Of a DNA stretch of 64,000 nucleotides, positions 15,801-25,700 are shown one piece after another (positions within the stretch are counted from its first letter, which is position 1; every line of letters starts with the position of its first letter). The notes under the pieces were generated by a model. That model made no database searches. It worked only from the letters and a program-made list of their open reading frames with translations, and was not told the DNA's origin. The position numbers and the translations under genes are program-made. The DNA is from an uncultured Alistipes sp. (GTDB lineage Bacteria; Bacteroidota; Bacteroidia; Bacteroidales; Rikenellaceae): positions 40,112 through 104,111 of the forward strand of contig CANPHE010000001.1 of NCBI GenBank assembly GCA_947573795.1, read 5' to 3'.

Positions 15801-17816
15801 TTATTCGCTGTAGATGTTGAAGGTCTTCGGACGCTTCATCTCTTCGGTGTAGACCTCGCCGAAACGGTCGGTCACCGTGATGCGCAGCGTCGAGGTGGGG
15901 CTCGAAGCCCGTACCTGCCAGATGTGGGCCGTCGTCGTGGGATTGAACGTCGGCGTGCTGCCGCGGTTGAGCCGCTGGAACATGTAGGTGATGATGTGCA
16001 GCGGATCGGGCGAGCCGATGCGTTCGGGTTTCAGTTCGCCGACACCCTCCTCCTCGACGCGGATCGTCCACTTGGAGTCCCAGTTCCAGCAGTTGATCCA
16101 TACGCAGTTGTCGTTGCGTTTGTTGAGGAAATTGGGGCTGTACGGCGATCGGCGGAACCAGTCGCGGTTTGAGATCGGCTGTCCGTCGCTGCCCGTGACC
16201 TCCTGTCCGTCGAGCCAGGTTTCGGGATCGAGATGCACTTGGTTCATGTCGTAGGTCCGGAACTGCATGCGGCGATCCTCGCCGGTGCCCTTGTAGTACC
16301 ATTTCACCTCCTTGCCGTCGACCTCGTAGACGCCGTATCCGCCCGGTGCGCCGTCGCGGCAGATATGGCGGCCGGTATGGTAGCCCGACCACCACCAGCA
16401 GGCGCAGACGGCGCCCGTATTGCGGTCCATGACCGTTTCGGAGAGCTCGCAGTTCCGGTTGTCGTGGCTGTGGCCCGTGAGCAGGATCACTTGCGTGAAG
16501 CCTTCGAAACAGTCGAGCAGCCGTTTGGCGTTCTCCTTGCTGAACAGGTCGCCCAGCGTGCCGTCCGCCTTGGGATAGGCCACCGGAGCGTGCATCTGCA
16601 CGAAAAGCGGTGCGCTCTTGTCTTCGACGAGCGCCAGATCCTTTTTCAGCCACTCGATCTGGTCCTGCGTGACGTTGCTCTTGTAGGAGCGGTCGCCGGT
16701 AGTTCCTACGGAGGCTCCGTTGTTGATATACTCGATGTCGTCGAGGCAGACGAAGTGCGCCCGGCCGATGTTGTAGGAGTAGTAGGTCGGGACCTTCACC
16801 AGGTCGCGCCACTGCTGCGTGGCGGCCCAGTCGTTGCTGTAATAGGGATCGTGGTCGTGGTTGCCGATGCAGTGGAAGGCCACCGTGTTGACATCCTTCA
16901 TCTCCGTGACGAAACTGTCCAGCGTGAAGAAGTTCTTGTACCAGTAGATATCCCAGGCCAGGTCGCCCATCGAGACGACGTAGACCGGCCGCTGCTCGGC
17001 GAGTATCAGGCGGTTGATGTCGTTCACGAAGTCGCGGAACTGCACCCGGTCGTTGGTGCGCGCGGCCAGGTGGTAGTCCGTGGACGCTATGAAGACGAAG
17101 CGGTCGTTCTCCACGGCGCGGAGCGTGAAGTCGAACTGCTCGACCGTAAGGTCCGTAGCCTGGAACCGGTAGGCGATCTTCGGAATATTCATCTCCGTGG
17201 CGGGCATGTATCCCGACGGCACCGAGATGAAGACCAGTCCGCGCGACTTGTCCGAGTGCATGTAGTAACGGCCCTCGGCGTCGGTCGTGACGATCTCCGT
17301 ACCGTCCGATACGGCCACTCCGGCGAGCGGGTTGCCCAGGGCGTCGTGCACGTATCCTTTGACGTTCATGCCGGCGATGTCGGGCAGCTCCTCCCGGACG
17401 ACTGCTTCCCGGATGCGCAGGGTTATTTCGCCCAGGCGTTGCCGGGCTTCGGCACGCTGTACGATGGCCGTATAGGTGCCGTCGGGGAGCCCTTGCGGAA
17501 CGGTCAGCAGCGCCTTGTCCGCCGCCGCTTCCATCTCCAGGAAATAGATTTTGGCCGTGCCGCTCGCGGTTTCGAGCAGGAAGCGGTCTTTCGAGTCGAA
17601 TCCGCGTCCGCCGATTTCGAAGGTTTCGCCGACGGCTACGGCGATCTCATCGGCGGGCAGCACGACGTCGGTGATCCAGACGCTCTCTTCCCGCGTCGGG
17701 GCGAGCGTTCGGGTGTTGTCCCGCTCGCAGGAGCTTGCGAACGCGGTCGTGTACAGCAATATCGCGAAAAGCGCTGTTCTCAGCACGCGGGCGCGAATGT
17801 TTTTCAGAAATTCCAT
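15801..17816 (-). CDS. Calcineurin-like phosphoesterase with N-terminal Ig/carbohydrate-binding-like region and C-terminal extension (lipoprotein)
   Basis: 671 aa. It has signal plus Cys (AFASSC) and the MPP motifs VSMGDLAWD, IGNHDHD and LLTGHSHDN. It is a paralogue of 20585..22564. Confidence 0.85.
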   Translation of the reverse strand: MEFLKNIRARVLRTALFAILLYTTAFASSCERDNTRTLAPTREESVWITDVVLPADEIAVAVGETFEIGGRGFDSKDRFLLETASGTAKIYFLEMEAAADKALLTVPQGLPDGTYTAIVQRAEARQRLGEITLRIREAVVREELPDIAGMNVKGYVHDALGNPLAGVAVSDGTEIVTTDAEGRYYMHSDKSRGLVFISVPSGYMPATEMNIPKIAYRFQATDLTVEQFDFTLRAVENDRFVFIASTDYHLAARTNDRVQFRDFVNDINRLILAEQRPVYVVSMGDLAWDIYWYKNFFTLDSFVTEMKDVNTVAFHCIGNHDHDPYYSNDWAATQQWRDLVKVPTYYSYNIGRAHFVCLDDIEYINNGASVGTTGDRSYKSNVTQDQIEWLKKDLALVEDKSAPLFVQMHAPVAYPKADGTLGDLFSKENAKRLLDCFEGFTQVILLTGHSHDNRNCELSETVMDRNTGAVCACWWWSGYHTGRHICRDGAPGGYGVYEVDGKEVKWYYKGTGEDRRMQFRTYDMNQVHLDPETWLDGQEVTGSDGQPISNRDWFRRSPYSPNFLNKRNDNCVWINCWNWDSKWTIRVEEEGVGELKPERIGSPDPLHIITYMFQRLNRGSTPTFNPTTTAHIWQVRASSPTSTLRITVTDRFGEVYTEEMKRPKTFNIYSE

Positions 17817-17847
17817 AGGAGGATCAGGTATTTGCGTTTTGGTTGAA

Positions 17848-20298
17848 TTATTCTGCGAGCGAGATCGTCGGCTGGTGCTCGTTGCCCGTCGCGGCGTCGC
17901 GGTAGACCAGACTCATCGCCTTGCTGTCGGTCGTGGCCGACTCCTTGCCGTTGATGCGCAGCCGGCCCGTGACGCAGCGCAGGCGGATGCGCAGCACGGC
18001 GGTCGCCTCGCTCAGGGTCATTGTCTCCGAGATGTTGCAGAACGTCGCCTCCATGGCGTAGTTGTAGGCGATATCCGTACCGTCGCCCGTCGTCGTATGG
18101 CGGAGTTCGCCGGCGGGTTTCCAGACTCCGCCGTCCTCGTATTCGAGGACCCAGTATTTGGGGTTGGTGGCCTGAAGCACCAGCCAGAAATCGATATTCA
18201 CACGCTGTCCGGCCGGGAGCCAGGCACCCGGAACCTCGAACAGGAAATAGTCGTTGTCCCAGATGTAGTTCGCATTGAGGCCCTTCGCCGGTTCGCCGCC
18301 GCGGATGCCCAGCGTCGGATTCTTCGACCCGGGGCGCGAACCGTCGGACACCGTGCTGCCCAGCACGAAGGAGAGGCGTGCGGAGGATCTGCCTTGCTCG
18401 GCCTTCACGCCGTCGCCCTTCCAGTCGCTCGTGTAGTCGTAGACCTCCATATGCTCGGGGCCCAGGAGCCAGCGGATGGGGAACGAGGCGCTCACGGCGG
18501 CCTCCTGCGTCACGAAGACCTCCGAGGAGAGATTCGCCGCGGCGTTGGAGAAGCGTACGACCTCCGCGCGTGCGGTGCCCGTCGTGTTGTCTGCGGCTTG
18601 GAACAGGTAGGTCGTCTGGGTTCCGGAGCCCAGTTTCTCGGAGCTTTCGGAGAGCAGGGAGACCCATGCGGGCGTCGTCACCGTGACGTCGACCGTGTGG
18701 TTGACCGTAATGCGGAACGTACCGTCGGCTCCCGCGGATACCGCGTCGGTCGTTGCGGCGAGGCATACCGGAGGTTCGGACATCTTCACGCCCGAAACGG
18801 CGTCCTTGCGCAACGACGTGATGCGCACGTCGTCGAGGTACCACGTACATTTGCTTTCGTTGAGCGACCGGATGTTGAGCCGGCAGCCGCGGGTGGCGCC
18901 CGTGATGCGCAGCGTCACGTCGTACCAGTTCTGGAACGGATCGTCCTCCCATTTCTGGCCGGCGGATACCTGGCGGATATCCATGTCGTCGTAGGTGCCC
19001 GTCTCGCAGTAGATTTCCAGCTCGGCGCCGTTGTCCTTGAGCGTCAGCGTGCGGAAGGTGACCGTGAGGTCCATTTTGCCGTCGATATCGGAGAACGGAG
19101 GCGTCGTGAAACGCGCCCTTTTGGCCGGTTCGCCCATTTTCAGGGCGCCGGCACGCGTGTATCCGCGCACGATCTGGCAACCGCTGTTCTGCGGGTCGGT
19201 CGTCGCCGAGGCTACTTCGGGATAGAGCGTCGTCAGCTTTTCGCCGGCGCCCTGGTCCATGGCCGGGACGTTGAACGGTTTGTCGGTCGGGGTCGTGGCC
19301 CAGGAGAAGTCGTCGGCGAAGATCAGCCAGTCGAATCCTTCGGCCGGAGCCTGCACGACGGTGAGCGTCTCGGTCGAGGTGCCCAGGGCGCTCGTGGCCG
19401 AGATCGCGAAGACGCCGCGGCGCGATTCGCCCGTGTTGGCGGCGGCTTTCGCCGTCACGACGATCGTTTCGCCGGCCCGCCCCTTGTCGGGCGAGACCTC
19501 CAGCCAGGAGGGGCATTTTGTCGCGTCGACCGTCCAGTCGCAGTTGGATTTCACTTCGAAGGTCGCCGAACGGCCTGCGGCGCCCATGCGGATGTAGTTG
19601 TCGGAGACGTCGCCCGAGAGCGCAATCACGGGATATTGTGTCTTGGCCTCCTGTTTGACGGTGATGTGCCGTTCGAGTTTTTCGGCGACGAAGACGAGCG
19701 TTCCGGTGCGCATCTCGGAACCCGGATTTTCCGTGGCGGCGAGCGTCATGCGGACGCTCTTGCCGGCGATACCCCTGCCGGGGGTTACCGAGGCCCAGTC
19801 GAGTTCGGAGCTGTCGACCGTCCAGTCTACGTTGGCGTTGACGTTGAAGTAGACCGGCATGCCGTCGGCGCCGCAGACGATCTCCGCATTGTCGCCTCCT
19901 CCCTCGACGATGATCGAGGGAGTTTCTGCGGAGGGGTGCTGGTGCAGCGTCAGGACGCTCTTTTGCGTACCCGCTTGCACGACGATGCGCCCCGTGCGCA
20001 GGTTGCCTTTATTTACATAAGGAGTGACGGTCACTCGCGTGACGGAGCCGGCGGCTCCGGAGGCGGGACTTACCGAGGCCCAGTCGAGCTCCTCGGTGAC
20101 GATCTCCCAGGCGCGGTTGCTTTCGACCGTGAAGACGATCTGCGGAGCGTCTACGGCCGGAACGGTCGTCTCGGCTTCGATGCCGCCGACCGTCAGCGTA
20201 TCTTCCGCAGCTTGGACGGCCGGGTCGTCCGAGCAGGCGCCGAACACCGAACACAGCATGCAGAAAATCGCGAAAAAGTAGCTTTTGAAACGGTTCAT
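17848..20298 (-). CDS. BACON-repeat surface lipoprotein with C-terminal uncharacterised domain
   Basis: Track ORF 17848..20334, trimmed to the ATG at 20296-20298 (MNRFKSYFFAIFCMLCSVFGAC). It has at least four BACON-like repeats (F.V.SN..W.V....DWASV.P..G.AG...V.....N.....R.G.I.V.A). Confidence 0.85.
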   Translation of the reverse strand: MNRFKSYFFAIFCMLCSVFGACSDDPAVQAAEDTLTVGGIEAETTVPAVDAPQIVFTVESNRAWEIVTEELDWASVSPASGAAGSVTRVTVTPYVNKGNLRTGRIVVQAGTQKSVLTLHQHPSAETPSIIVEGGGDNAEIVCGADGMPVYFNVNANVDWTVDSSELDWASVTPGRGIAGKSVRMTLAATENPGSEMRTGTLVFVAEKLERHITVKQEAKTQYPVIALSGDVSDNYIRMGAAGRSATFEVKSNCDWTVDATKCPSWLEVSPDKGRAGETIVVTAKAAANTGESRRGVFAISATSALGTSTETLTVVQAPAEGFDWLIFADDFSWATTPTDKPFNVPAMDQGAGEKLTTLYPEVASATTDPQNSGCQIVRGYTRAGALKMGEPAKRARFTTPPFSDIDGKMDLTVTFRTLTLKDNGAELEIYCETGTYDDMDIRQVSAGQKWEDDPFQNWYDVTLRITGATRGCRLNIRSLNESKCTWYLDDVRITSLRKDAVSGVKMSEPPVCLAATTDAVSAGADGTFRITVNHTVDVTVTTPAWVSLLSESSEKLGSGTQTTYLFQAADNTTGTARAEVVRFSNAAANLSSEVFVTQEAAVSASFPIRWLLGPEHMEVYDYTSDWKGDGVKAEQGRSSARLSFVLGSTVSDGSRPGSKNPTLGIRGGEPAKGLNANYIWDNDYFLFEVPGAWLPAGQRVNIDFWLVLQATNPKYWVLEYEDGGVWKPAGELRHTTTGDGTDIAYNYAMEATFCNISETMTLSEATAVLRIRLRCVTGRLRINGKESATTDSKAMSLVYRDAATGNEHQPTISLAE

Positions 20299-20584
20299 AA
20301 GAAAAAGGTTACGGTAATTTCGTGATTGATTCAAGCAAATTTAATCATTAAATACGGTGCGGACAAGTCTGTCGGAAACGCGTCGAGAGGATGCCGAGGC
20401 GGCGCTTCGGCGCGTAAATCCCCGTCGTATCGCTTCTCAGGGCCGTTTTTGCGGCTTTAGGACCGGCGCAATGCGGAAATCGGCTGCCGGGCGATTGAAC
20501 GGACAGACAAAATCTTGATACGCCCGGACAAAATTAAAATCGGGGAAATCAGTTCCTTTGTGATGCAATCTAAAATGTTCGACC

Positions 20585-22564
20585 ATGACAAAAATTCTAC
20601 CCAAAACGACCTCCGTCCGCCGCCGTTTCGCCCTTCTGCTGTCGGCGTTGTTCCTGCTCGGAGCTCCGGCCTGTTCGGACGACGCTCCGGCGAGTGTCCC
20701 GACATTCCCGATCGGGGATGTTTCGGATATTACCTTTTACGATATCAGCGGCGTGCGCGAGCTGCAACTCCCCGGTACGGGATTCGAGCCGGGCGATGCC
20801 GTCTGCCTGACCGATACGGGGCTGTCGGGCCACACCTACACCCTCTCGCCGCGTGTCGAGACGGGGAGGCTGGTGATGCGTCTGCCGGATAACTTCATCG
20901 ACGGAGTTTACCGCATCACGATCGTGCGCGGTGCGGCCCGCTTCGTCTACGGCGAGGCCGAGTTCTGCTCGAAAACCCTCGTCGAAGACCGCGAGGGGAT
21001 GAATCTCAAAGGCAAGGTACGCGATACGAACGGACATCCGATCGCCGGAGCGGTCGTTTCGGACGGAATCTCCGTCACGCGCACCGACGAGGACGGCTGC
21101 TACTGGCTCGCCACCGAGCGGAAGAACCCCCACGTCTTCGTCTCGATTCCCCGAGGGTATATGCCCGTCGAGCGCGAGGGCGAATTCACGACCTTCTTCC
21201 GGAAGATTCCCGACGCTCCGGCGGACGGCACCGCCGCACAGGCCGATTTCACGTTCCATCCGGTCGATAACGACGATTTCGAACTGGTCGTCGTGACCGA
21301 TATCCACCTCACGGCTGCGGCTGCAGCCGAAGCGCCGCGGCTTTTCACCGAATACTGCATTCCCGACATCAACAGCTATATCCGTGGAATTCAGGCTTCG
21401 GGCCGTCCGGCCTATACGCTCAACCTGGGCGATCTGGTGGCCTCCGACAAGCGCGACCTCATAACGCTGGAAGATGGCGTCGAACTGCTCAAAAAGATCG
21501 ACGGTCCGATCTTCAACGTGCCGGGCAATCACGAACTCTACGACGGGAACGCCGTCGATGCTTCGGTCGAGATCGCCCGTTATTACGACGTCGTAGGTCC
21601 GCTCTACTATTCGGTCAACCTGGGCCGCATACACCTGGTGGCGCTCAATCCCTGCGTCCGCAATATCGGTATCCATATGGGTACGAGTTATGCCCTCTCC
21701 GAGGAGCAGCTCGAATGGCTGCGGCGCGACCTGGCGCAGGTCGAGGACAAGAGCGCGACGCTGGTCGTCGCGATCCATACGCCGCTGTTCCAGTCGGTCG
21801 CCAGCACCGAGGCGGCTTACGGACGGTATTGGCTGCCCAACGGCGCCGATCTGGCCGCCTGCCTGGAGGGTTTCACCGACGTGCATGTCGTCTCGGGCCA
21901 TTGCCACCGCATGTACAATACCGTCGTGGGAAATATCGTCGAGCACAATTACAGCTGTCTGGGCGGCACCAGCGGCCATTGGACCACCTGGCGGCTTTCG
22001 TCGGTCGTCTCCGACCGGCACCAGGGCATGAATACCGACGGTTCGCCCGCGAGCTACGGCACGATGACCTTCCGGGGCAAGGCGCTGACGGATTATTGCG
22101 TGAAAGGCGTCAACCTGCCGCGCGAGAAGCGTTTCCGGACCTACGACCGCAATAAGATACACCTCGTGGCGTCGGATCATCTCTCGCCGACGCTGGCCGG
22201 CGGATCGCGCGGTGCGGCTTTCAATGCGGCGATGGGAACCTATCATACGGCATCGTCCGACAACGAGATTCTGGTTAAGATCTGGGAGTACGACACGCGT
22301 TGGAAGGTCGAGATCCTCGAAGACGGGAAACCGCTCGACTGGAGCATCAAGCTCGACAAAGACCCGCTATATCTCTTCTGCTACGACATTCCGAGCTACG
22401 CGACGTTGGATAATCCGAATTACGGGGGGTCCGCCCGGGCGCTCTTCTCGGCCAAAGCCGCGTCGGCGACCTCGACCGTGACGATCCGCGTCACCGACAG
22501 TTTCGGGCGCGTCACCGAGGAGACCATGACCCGCCCCAAGGCATTCGTCTCGTCTTATGATTGA
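20585..22564 (+). CDS. Calcineurin-like phosphoesterase, paralogue of 15801..17816 (lipoprotein)
   Basis: 659 aa with signal plus Cys (LLGAPAC) and the motifs LNLGDLVAS, PGNHELYD and VVSGHCHRM. Its C-terminal end (RVTDSFGRVTEETMTRPKAF) parallels TVTDRFGEVYTEEMKRPKTF in the paralogue. Confidence 0.85.
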   Translation: MTKILPKTTSVRRRFALLLSALFLLGAPACSDDAPASVPTFPIGDVSDITFYDISGVRELQLPGTGFEPGDAVCLTDTGLSGHTYTLSPRVETGRLVMRLPDNFIDGVYRITIVRGAARFVYGEAEFCSKTLVEDREGMNLKGKVRDTNGHPIAGAVVSDGISVTRTDEDGCYWLATERKNPHVFVSIPRGYMPVEREGEFTTFFRKIPDAPADGTAAQADFTFHPVDNDDFELVVVTDIHLTAAAAAEAPRLFTEYCIPDINSYIRGIQASGRPAYTLNLGDLVASDKRDLITLEDGVELLKKIDGPIFNVPGNHELYDGNAVDASVEIARYYDVVGPLYYSVNLGRIHLVALNPCVRNIGIHMGTSYALSEEQLEWLRRDLAQVEDKSATLVVAIHTPLFQSVASTEAAYGRYWLPNGADLAACLEGFTDVHVVSGHCHRMYNTVVGNIVEHNYSCLGGTSGHWTTWRLSSVVSDRHQGMNTDGSPASYGTMTFRGKALTDYCVKGVNLPREKRFRTYDRNKIHLVASDHLSPTLAGGSRGAAFNAAMGTYHTASSDNEILVKIWEYDTRWKVEILEDGKPLDWSIKLDKDPLYLFCYDIPSYATLDNPNYGGSARALFSAKAASATSTVTIRVTDSFGRVTEETMTRPKAFVSSYD

Positions 22565-22770
22565 TTTTCGGATCGTAGCGTCGTCCGGCGGACTCGGGCT
22601 TGCCCGGGAATCCGTCGGACGACGGACGTGCGATTGCGAAATGCCCCGTACGCTCCGCAGAAAAAAAGAACTTTCGGCGTGCTTTTCGACGGAAGAATCT
22701 TATTTTTGTTGTCGGGAACTCATCTCCGAAACCGTTTCGGAGCGTAACGTGAACTCAGACCGCTCACTTC

Positions 22771-25700
22771 ATGGATAAACGTTCTTCCGTTTCGACCGCA
22801 TTGCGTCTGGTGGCGGCGGCGATCGGCCTCTGTCTCTGTATCGAGGCCTTTCCTGCCGTACAAGTCCTTCCGCATCTGCCCAATCTTACGATCCGCGGCT
22901 TCGCGCAGGATCGTGCCGGTTACGTCTGGATCGCGACCGACAACGGTCTGTGCCGTTACAGCGGACAAACCTACTATTATTATCAGAGCGATCCCGACGA
23001 TGCCGCGTCGCTGCCTTCCAACCGCATATCCGATATCTGCACGGATGCCGACGGCTCGCTTTGGGTCGCGACACCGGCCGGAATTTGCGTCTACGATCCG
23101 CTTTTCGACTGCTTCGAGCGCCTCGACGGCACGGCGGGCTACCGTTGCATCGTCGGCTGCGGCGATCGGGTCGTCGCATCGGGAGCTGCCGGGATGATCG
23201 CTTTCGACGCCTCGACGCGCCGGATCGTCTCCCGGGAGAATTCGCCGCAGCATCGCCCGGGTGCGTTGGCGGTCGATGCCGGCGGAAATCTGTGGGGGGG
23301 GGTGAACGAGGCGGTCTATGCCTACGGCGACGATCTGCGCGTCGCCGATACGGTGTCGATCGAGGCCCCGGTCGCCGGGTTCGATTGCAGCTGTTGCGAT
23401 TGCGAAGGGCGGCTGTGGTTCGGCACCGCGAAAGGAATCGTCGTCCTGGACCCCGAAACGAAGGCGCCGATTACCGACGGGGCCCTCGTCGAGTGCCTCG
23501 ATGCCGTGGCCGATTACCGCATCACGATGCTGGTGCCGGCTCAGGACGGCTCCGTCTACGTCGGTACGCGGGGCGATAAGCTGCACATGATCCGGGTGCC
23601 CGAATGCCGGTTCGAATACGATGTCGTGAAACAGTTCCCGCGGCTCAACTATACGAGCGACTTCACGTGCGGATTCTGCGACATCGAGGGCAACGTATAC
23701 ATCGGTACGGCCGACCGCGGCTATTCGGTGCATTACATGCACTTGAAGAATTTTACGCACCGCACTTCGCTGGCGCGTCTTACGCTGAACAAATACATCA
23801 ATGCCATCGCATCCGGCAAGCACGGAACGCTCTGGGTCGGCAGCCGTTACAAAGGATTGCTGGAGTACAACAGCCGGGAGAAGCGCACGATGTGGTACAC
23901 GATCGAGAACAGCCCTTTCATGCGCGAAATGGGCAGCAACGGCGTGCAGGCGATCCAGCACGACGCCTCCGACCGGCTGTGGGTCAATATCGACGGACGG
24001 ATCGCCCTGTGTTCCACCCGGAAGGTCGGATTGACCGACTACCGCATCCTCCCGGGCAGCTACGACGTCAACCGTTTCTGCGAGGATCGCAGCCGCCGGA
24101 TGTGGGCTGCGACGACCGCGGGGCTCACGGTCTGGAACGGGGCACAGCCGCAAAAGAGCTGTTTCGCCGGATGCAACGTGCAGGATATCGTCCTGATGAA
24201 CGACTCGACGATGCTGGCCGCCGTGACCGGAAAAGGCGTTTTCGCCGTCGATACGCGGCGTCTCGAACCGCAACCCCTGTTCGCCGATGCCGACAGCCTG
24301 TACCGCAGTGCGTTGAAACGGGCGTCGTGCCTCTATTACGATCGGGAAGGAACGATCTGGGTCGGCACCCATTCGTACGGGCTGTTCGGTTACCATCCCG
24401 AGCGGGGAATGCGCTCCTATACGTCGCAGGACGGGCTGTCGAGCGACGACGTCGCCTCGCTCGCCCGGGATGCCGACGGAAATACCTGGGTGGCTACGGC
24501 GTACGGACTTTCGGTCATTTGGGCCGGCACGGACCGGATCGTCTCCTACTTCTGTTCCGACGGCCTCCAGACGCAGCAGTTCTGTCCCCAGTGCATGCTG
24601 GTCTCGCCGTCGATGATCTATTTCGGCGGCAACCTGGGACTGGCGCAGTTCGTGCCGCAGCGGATTCTTTCGAAAATCACGAAAGAACCCGTTTCGCTCG
24701 TACTGAAGGAGTTGCGCATCAACAGCATCGTCCAGAAACCCCAGCCCGACGGAACGGGGATTCTGAGCGATCTGCTCAACGACACGCCGCGGATCGTGCT
24801 CGACCATACGCAGAACAACATCGATATCGGCTACGAGGCGGTGACGTTCCTCTCGCCGGAGAAGATCCGGTATGCCTACCGCCTTCGCGGCGGCGATATC
24901 GACGAGGAGTGGAACTACGTCGAGAGTCGCCGCAGTGCCAACTACGCCCACCTTTCGCCGGGCCATTACGTCTTCGAACTGATGGCTCAGAACCCCGACG
25001 GTTACTGGAACGAGGAGCCGCGCCGGCTCGAAATCGACATCGAACCGTCGCCGTGGCTCACCTGGTACGCTTTCCTGTGCTACATCGTCATGGCCGTCAC
25101 GCTGGTTTGGTTCGCCAACCGGCTCTACCTGTTGCGGCGTCTCCAGAAGATCGACCTGGAGCTGGCGCACAAGGCTCTGGAGCACGAGAAAGAGCTCTCC
25201 AACATGAAGATCGACTTCTTCTCCAACATCTCCCACGAGTTGCGTACGCCCCTTTCGCTGATCTACGGTCCGGTCAACATGTTGCCGGGAATCACCGATC
25301 CGGAGCGTTCGCGCGAACTCGTCGGGCTCATCAATTACAACGTCCGCCAGCTGTTGAGGCTGGTCGATCAGATGCTCGTGCTGAGCCGCATCGAGAACGG
25401 TACGCTGCCGCTCTCGGTATGCCGGCAGGATATCGTCCCGATCGTCCGCCGTCTGGCGGATAATTTCGGATATCTCGCCCAAGGAAAGGGCATCGAGCTG
25501 CATGCGGCGGATATCCCGGCGCAGGAGACCGTCGTGGCGATCGATGCGGACAAGTTCCGGAAAATCCTCTCCAATCTGCTCTCCAACGCCTTGAAATACA
25601 CCCCCGAGGGCGGACACGTCGACGTCTCGGTGTCGCTCGTCGACCGCCTTCCCGAGGCGCTGGGCGAGGTGGCGGCCTCGTCGCGCTACCTCCTGGTGAG

